NCBI RefSeq assembly: GCF_006345805.1
Contig: NW_021831731.1
Coordinates: 1 to 64,000 of the forward strand
Length of the DNA: 64,000 nucleotides
Direction of reading: 5' to 3'
From: Octopus sinensis
Lineage: Eukaryota
A model generated the notes under the pieces. That model saw only the letters and a list, made by a program, of their open reading frames with translations. It ran no database searches and was not told where the DNA came from. The first letter of the stretch is position 1. Each line of letters opens with the position of its first letter. Made by a program: the position numbers and the translations under genes. Shown here one piece after another: positions 56,700 to 64,000 of the stretch.

Positions 56700-57482
56700 C
56701 GCGAATAGAAAAGGAGACACGACAATGTAGCCAGATAAGCACGAATACAAAAGGAAACATGACAATGTGGCCAGATATGTCCTCTGGCTGTTGTTCGGTA
56801 AACCTCGAGAGAGCCGACCAATGGCATGAACAGAAGCCAGAAGGAATAATGGAAAACGAACATTACAAATATTGTTATATTTCGGAATGGTCATTTTGCC
56901 AGTTTAGCCAATAAAAACACACGCACTATATATTGGCTAAACTGGCATAATGACCATTCCGAAATATAACAATATCTGTTTCAACACACGACTTCACATA
57001 AAAAATCTTGCACAACAAATATATAAACGTACGAACATTACAAAATACTCTGGGATTTTACCATGCAATGCGACCAAGTCATAGAGGTGAGACGACCATA
57101 TATCGTGCTCATCCATAAAGATGAGAAAGAGGTAAGGATAATAGATGTTGCAATACCAGGTGATTCGAGGGTGAAATGTAAGGAAACAGAAAAGCCTGAG
57201 AAATACCAGCCACTGTGGGACGATTTAGGAAAGTTATGGGGCATGAGGAAAGTAATAGTGATACCAGTGGTAATTGGAGCATTAGGAGCAGTTTCCAAGG
57301 GCTTTGAAAAACATATTAAGAATTTTGGAGCTGCTGTCCGGAACGAGGTGATCCAAAAGGTAGGATTTGTTGGGTACAGTTCACATTCTAAGGCGAGTAT
57401 TGTCTCTTTGAGACACAGGAGAAGGCACTACTTGAAATCTTTAGTGATTTGTTATTACCTGCTTTCAAGTAAAGAATAACCG
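56700..57482 (+). pseudogene. R4/Dong LINE 3' fragment interrupted by a hairpin insertion
   Basis: EYKRKHDNVARY, MENEHYK|ILWDF, IIDVAIPGD..EKYQ, IPVVIGALG. Confidence 0.85.
56870..57030. mobile_element. 161-bp hairpin-containing insertion with 14-bp TSD
   Basis: TSD acgaacattacaaa at 56856-56869 and 57031-57044; 45-bp arms 56869-56913 and 56931-56975 with one mismatch. Confidence 0.85.
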
Positions 57483-57989
57483 TTAATTAAGAACTATCCG
57501 AGAGTCTTTCAGTATAATTACAATAATGATAATAATAATGATTTCATTTATTTGCCATAAGGGCAAAGGATGAGGGAGACAATACAGTGTGGGGGTTTGC
57601 ATATAATGAAATGATAAAAAAAGCATACACGGTATACACTGTAAAAGAAGAGACATATGCATAGCATACAAAGGCACAAAAAAAAAACAACAAAAATAGT
57701 ATAATAATAAACGATCAGGGGAGATAACTCAAATTAGATGATAGAAATTATTGGACAATATAAGTATTATAGATTGAAATTGATTTGCTCTTTAAAGCCA
57801 AACGGTGAAAGCAGTGGGAACAGCCATAACCAAATATTAAAAAAAAACAAACAACAAAAAACCGGAGAACAGGAACGAGAACAGCTGTAAACAGTAACAA
57901 CAACAATGAAATCAATAACAATAAGAAACACGTTTACCGCAAAACAATACTCACGCACACGCGCGCGCACACACAAACAGTCCTTTTTT

Positions 57990-58161
57990 ACTAACCTTCA
58001 CTGTCACGACGACGACGACGACGACGACCACCACCACCACTACCAACAACAACAACAACAACAAGGACAAAGATGGCAACAAAACAGCAGCGATAACAGC
58101 AACAACAACCACAAGAGAAACATCACCAACAAAAAGAACACCAGTAACAACAACAGCAAAA

Positions 58162-58203
<42 letters not shown>

Positions 58204-58219
58204 GCTGCTGCTGCTGCTG

Positions 58220-58277
<58 letters not shown>

Positions 58278-58727
58278 AACAATCATTTTGAAGCAATGAT
58301 AGCCGCAACAATAACTACAATATTAACAAGAGTAACAACAACAGCAACCAGACGACGATAACGAGGTTAAAAACAACAGCAGCAATCATCATCACTGCCA
58401 TCATCCCTACAAGCCGCCGCCGCCGCCCTGCCGCCGCCACCACCGCCGCCGCCACCGCCACCAACATTAATAATCCCCCTCATTATCACTATTAATACGA
58501 ATACTACTAGCACCACAACCTTCTCCTCCTCCTCCTCCTGCTCTTCTTTTTCGATGATGAAGGGGATGATGATGGTGGTGATAATGCTGGTGACGATAGC
58601 GATGAGGATGATGAGGATGACGGTGACAATGATAAGGATGATGGTGATTATGTTGGTGATGATGATCACGGTGACAATGATAATGATGATGGTGACGATA
58701 GCGACAATGATGATGACAATAATGATA

Positions 58728-58765
<38 letters not shown>

Positions 58766-58854
58766 CAATGATGGTGATGATGAAGATCAACATAATCACG
58801 ACCATCCTCAACATCGTCGTTGTTCTCTTTTTCATCACCACCATCACCACCACC

Positions 58855-58928
<74 letters not shown>

Positions 58929-59064
58929 GATTTAATTCATCCCTTATCCACCTCCACACATCGATCTCCAGCCCATCCAACAACCACAAATACCAGCAAC
59001 ACTTCCACCACCACCACCACCACCACCACCACCACCCACCACCACCACCACCACCACCATCATC

Positions 59065-59102
<38 letters not shown>

Positions 59103-60680
59103 CGGCACTACTAGCACCAAGCACAACGACAGCAACAACAACAAGAAAAAAACCCACCACCTCCACCACCACCACAACCATCAATACCACTACAACCACA
59201 ACCACCAGTAAGAACATCACCACCACAAGTGACAACACTGCTACCACCACTATCAGCATCAACAAAACCAATAAGAACGGTACACCGCCCCAAAACACTA
59301 ACATCATCATCAGCAGCAGCACAACCACCTCCAGAACACCAGCAGCAGTAGCATCAACAGCAGCAACAACAGCAACAAAAATAACACAATAATAGTAACC
59401 GTCACTGCCACCACCACCACCACCACCACCACCAAACAACAACAATACAATAACAGTAATCACCACCACACCACCACCATCATCATCATCATCATCATCA
59501 TCAACAATAACAACAACAACAACACAGTAACAGTAACCACCACCACACCACCATCACCATCAACAACAACTACACAATAATAGTAACCACCACTGCCACC
59601 ACTGCCACCACTACCACCACCACCACCATCACCACCACCAACAACAGCAACAGCAACGCAATAACAGTAACCACCATCACCATCATCGTCAATAACAACA
59701 CAATAATAGCAACCACCACCACACTACCATCACCATCAACAACGTCAACAACAACAATACAATAACAGTAACCACCAACACTACCATCACAACATTTCCA
59801 CCACCACCGCTAGCACCACTACCACCACCACCGCCACTACCACCGTCACCACCACCACCACCACCACCACCACCACCGTTATAACAACATAGATATTGAT
59901 ATTATTTGTAAACTGTAATGAAGGCGATTGTGATCGAGATAATCACGAGAAAACATCGATAAATTAAAATGAACTGGTTGTTTTAATTTTTAATGTTTCA
60001 GAGATTTTTTTCCATTTATTTTTCATATTTTCTTTCTTATTTTTTATTTTTTTTCTTAAATATATATTTTCACATTTCAAATATTTTTGAAAGAAGACTA
60101 TATTTTCCATTAAAACTATTTGGTAAAGCAGTATTATTAAGCTGGGGATGAAGATGATAGTTGTTGGTGATGGTGATGGTGGGCGATCAGAATGTTGATG
60201 ACGTCGCTGGTGGTGGAATCGGTAGTGGGGTGGTGGAATCGGTGGCGGCGGCGGTGGTGGTGGTGGTGGTGGTGGTGGTGAAGGAATTATTTGTTTATAG
60301 GATTAAAAGAAAAGAGAGAGAGAAAAAAAATTGAAACAACAGCAACAACGTTAACGAAACAACAACAACAACAACAAAAAAATAAACATTTCTAAAAAGA
60401 AAAAAAAACAAACAAACAAAAAACACACAACAGAAACAACAGTAGCAGTAGTGGCCGCAGCAGCAGCTACTATAGAACAACCATACTATAACAACAAAAC
60501 GACAGTGTTATCTTAAGGCTGTCACGACTCAATATTCCACTTAACTCTAAACCATAAATACTGTTAGCAGCAGCAGCAGCGGTAGTAGCAGCAGCAGCAA
60601 TAACAGTAACAGCAATAGTACCACCACCACCACCATCACCACCACCATCAACTAACAACAACAGCAACAACAGGAAGACC
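57990..60680. repeat. Mosaic trinucleotide field (CAC, CAT, CAA, TAC, GAT, GCC, CAG)
   Basis: Seen directly. Confidence 0.9.
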
Positions 60681-60999
60681 ATTACCAATAAGGAACATGC
60701 CAGATGGAACGACTAAATTCTTAACGGAAGGAAGAATCCGAACAATTAATATGAATTTTATATAAGAAAGTTTTTTTTTTTCTGGAGAGAAAATGTATTT
60801 CTAACAATCGAAGGATTACAAGTTCAACCGCCACCCTGTCTAATCAGCCCCCTTGCTGCAAAACAACCACATATGCTGTTTCAGTCAAACTGTCTACACG
60901 TCAGTCAACTTCCAAACCAAATCGCTTTTTGGTATAGTTTTGGCATTCAGCACATCTTAAAGTACACAGTTCCACTGTATATCTTTTTAACGTTTATCT

Positions 61000-61186
61000 A
61001 TCTTTTACATGCGTCAGTCATTAGATTGCGGCCATGCAGGGGCACCGCATTGAAGAGTTTTAGCCGAATGAATCGACCTCAGAACTTCTTTTTCTGTAAG
61101 CCTGGTACTTATTCTACCTGTCTGTTTTGTCGAACTGCCAAGTTACGGCGACGCAAAAACACTATCACCAGGTCACGCGGTGATGA

Positions 61187-61223
<37 letters not shown>

Positions 61224-61359
61224 TACCAAATCTACACACAAAGATCTGGTCGGTCTGAGGCTATAGTAGAAGACGCCCTAAATGCCACACAGTGGAACTG
61301 AACCCGGAACCTTATAGCTGAGAACCAACCTTCTAACCATACAGCTACGCCTGTGCCTA
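61000..61359 (-). mobile_element. SINE family A, diverged
   Basis: Reverse complement of aggcacaggcgtagctgtatgg...ccgggttcagttccactg. Confidence 0.75.
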
Positions 61360-61381
61360 CATACAAACATACATACATACA

Positions 61382-61414
<33 letters not shown>

Positions 61415-61415
61415 G

Positions 61416-61451
<36 letters not shown>

Positions 61452-61468
61452 CATATATATGTATGATA

Positions 61469-61533
<65 letters not shown>

Positions 61534-61647
61534 GATATATATATATATATATATATTTTGAATTTGCTGGCACTGTTAGTTGGGAGCAGATCTTCGAGAG
61601 GGTATGTTCTTATTTTCAGTGTCTCCAAATCCAAACCAAGGAATTTC

Positions 61648-61699
61648 CGAGCCGATGATAGAAATGTTGTTTTGACTAATCTTGAAACGTACGTTCTCG
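61648..61699 (+). ncRNA. Type-I hammerhead, U4C core variant, copy 1
   Basis: cgag-CCGAUGA-u-aga...ucu-u-GAAA-cguac-GUU-cucg. Confidence 0.75.
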
Positions 61700-62194
61700 A
61701 ATAACCTTAGCATTTGATTTTTCGATGTCATTACCCCCAAACTTTTGTGAGTTAAATTATGCAAACACTATATATGAGAGAGATTTTCTTTAAGTATTAG
61801 AAATAGCCTTAAAAAAGTTTTTTAGCTGCTATTTCTAATGAGTTCAGTATGCGGCAAAGTAATTTATTTTACTAAGCCCTTTTATATAATGTAATAATTT
61901 GAATTCGCCTTGAATGGTCCCTTTGCATACTGAACACTTGGTGAAATTGATTAATAATTAATTAATTTTGCCCTCAATTGTGAAATTATAATTAATCTCC
62001 CTCTGATTAATGCTTCGGACTTTACCGAAATAAGCATAGAGTTTGATGATTTTAACCCACGCTGGTGGAAAGGGGAGAACAGAGATTCTTCGCTTGCTTA
62101 TTTTGAATTTGCTGGCACTGTTAGTTGGGAGCAGATCTTCGAGAGGGTATGTTCTTATTTTCAGTGTCTCCAAATCCAAACCAAGGAATTTCCG

Positions 62195-62244
62195 GAGCCG
62201 ATGATAGAAATGTTGTTTTGACTAATCTTGAAACGTACGTTCTC
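62195..62244 (+). ncRNA. Type-I hammerhead, U4C core variant, copy 2
   Basis: gag-CCGAUGA-u-aga...ucu-u-GAAA-cguac-GUU-cuc. Confidence 0.75.
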
Positions 62245-62529
62245 GAATAACCTTAGCATTTGATTTTTCGATGTCATTACCCCCAAACTTTTGTGAGTTA
62301 AATTATGCAAACACTATATATGAGAGAGATTTTCTTTAAGTATTAGAAATAGCCTTAAAAAAGTTTTTTAGCTGCTATTTCTAATGAGTTCAGTATGCGG
62401 CAAAGTAATTTATTTTACTAAGCCCTTTTATATAATGTAATAATTTGAATTCGCCTTGAATGGTCCCTTTGCATACTGAACACTTGGTGAAATTGATTAA
62501 TAATTAATTAATTTTGCCCTCAATTGTTG

Positions 62530-62571
<42 letters not shown>

Positions 62572-62600
62572 CATACACATATATTCATATATACATATAT

Positions 62601-62647
62601 AGTCAATCCAAACAAGGGTAAGAAAAAAACAACAAATGCGAGGACGC

Positions 62648-62715
<68 letters not shown>

Positions 62716-62858
62716 GAGAATTTACAAAGAAAAAATAAAATAACAAAAGACGAAGTTTAACGCTCGGGAAAGGAGAAAGTCTTTTACGTTTCGAGTCTAC
62801 GCTCTTCTACTGAAAGGAACACAGAAATAATCAGGGAGAGAAAATAGAAAAAGGTTTA
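62601..62858 (-). mobile_element. Short PLE-type element related to 40568-40777, with decayed HHR (62781-62816)
   Basis: Minus strand reads cuuu-CAGUAGA-a-gag-cguaga-cuc-GAAA-cg-UA-aaag. Confidence 0.55.
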
Positions 62859-62895
<37 letters not shown>

Positions 62896-62900
62896 ATATA

Positions 62901-64000
62901 CGAGGGACGTTCAATAAGTAATGCCTCTGACCTACATGCAGTTGTTTGATCTAGCTGAAATTTTGCATGTGCAATTATTTATATCTCTATAGATTAAATG
63001 GCAAATTACAGCTCTGAACTAATTGTGATTTCTGATTTACAGGTGTTTGAACTGAGTCAAGTGTGAAATGGAGCCTGTTGAGTGTCGAGCAGTGATCCGG
63101 TTTTTGTATTTGAAAGGACGCACACCACGGGAGACTTTTGATGAAATGAAAGTAACTTATGGTGATGATGCCCCATCATATGACCTTGTAAAACGCTGGC
63201 ATCGTGAATTCAAACATGGTCGGAACTCTGTGGAAACAGCTCCCAGATCTGTTCGCCCCACTTCTACCATTGATGAGGCATCTGTCCGTCAAGTTGAGGC
63301 TGCCATTTTGGAAGATCGGCGCATAACTATTCGCCAAATAGCCCATGAGGTCAAGATTAGTACCGGGTCTGTGGAAACTATCATTCATGACCATTTGCAT
63401 ATGCAAAAGATATATGCCAGATGGATTCCCAGGCTGCTCACACCTTTCCAGAAGCAAGAACGCGTCGAGTGCTCGAGGATGAATTTGAAGATGTGCCAAG
63501 AAGATGAGTCAAAATTTTTCAAAAGACTGATTACACGGGATGAAACCTGGGTTCATCACTATGATCCAGAGACCAAATCTCAGTCAATGCAGTGGAAGCA
63601 CCGTGACTCACCTCCTCCAAAGAAGGCAAGGGTGCGGCCCTCCGCTGGCAAGGTCATGTTCACAGTCTTCTGGGACCAGGACGGAGTAGTGATGACAGAT
63701 TTCCTGGCAAAGGGTACCACAATCACAGGAGCCTATTATGCTTCACTTCTGAGGAAATTAAGAGAAGCTATCAAAATCAAGAGGCAGGGCAAGTTCAGCA
63801 AAGACATCCTCCTCCTGCAGGACAACGCTCCGGTCCACAACTTGCGTGTCGCCAGATCAGAAGCACAGGCATGCGGCTATGAACTCCTCCCTCCTCCCCC
63901 TAGTCTCCTGACCTTGCACCCTCTGATTTTCACCTCTTCCCAACCATGAAGGTGTTTTGAAAGGAAAGCGTTTCCCAGATGATGCAGCCTTGATTTCTGA
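62901..64000 (+). mobile_element. mariner DNA transposon, cut by window edge
   Basis: Begins TA|cgagggacgttcaataagtaatgc at the end of a (TA)n run; transposase follows. Confidence 0.9.
63068..63949 (+). CDS. mariner transposase, frame-disrupted near the YSPDL motif
   Basis: HTH region, WIPRLL, DETW, HYDPE, GKVM..VFWD, QDNAPVH. SPDLAPSDFHLF continues in another frame from 63904, after TAG. Confidence 0.9.
   Translation: MEPVECRAVIRFLYLKGRTPRETFDEMKVTYGDDAPSYDLVKRWHREFKHGRNSVETAPRSVRPTSTIDEASVRQVEAAILEDRRITIRQIAHEVKISTGSVETIIHDHLHMQKIYARWIPRLLTPFQKQERVECSRMNLKMCQEDESKFFKRLITRDETWVHHYDPETKSQSMQWKHRDSPPPKKARVRPSAGKVMFTVFWDQDGVVMTDFLAKGTTITGAYYASLLRKLREAIKIKRQGKFSKDILLLQDNAPVHNLRVARSEAQACGYELLPPPPSLLTLHPLIFTSSQP

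Larger units (their letters stand above)
61555..62537 (+). mobile_element. Family F partial tandem (about 1.8 units) with two HHRs; retrozyme or pLTR-like
   Basis: 61555-61990 is repeated at 62100-62537 with ~110 bp between; (TA)n on both sides. Confidence 0.85.

Overview
AT-rich, microsatellite-saturated non-genic animal DNA. The SINE types and (TA)n/(TAA)n/(CA)n density resemble a coleoid cephalopod such as Octopus (inference from recognition, not a database result). No host protein-coding exon can be supported, and most ORF-track entries are microsatellite read-through. Recognisable content: (1) about 15 type-I hammerhead ribozyme (HHR) motifs, intact to decayed, in roughly ten unrelated short elements with Penelope-like (PLE) architecture. 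These include a tandem pair 546 nt apart that looks like a retrozyme, a tRNA-headed SINE with an HHR, and an HHR with a compensatory U3-A8 core. (2) A ~10 kb nest of R4/Dong-clade RLE retrotransposon fragments and a non-coding ~550 bp companion element, all in (TAA)n. (3) Several tRNA-derived SINE families. (4) Two non-autonomous Helitrons, a hAT MITE, decayed hAT and Tc1 transposases, and a nearly intact mariner at the right edge. All RNA structures were read by eye, not computed.
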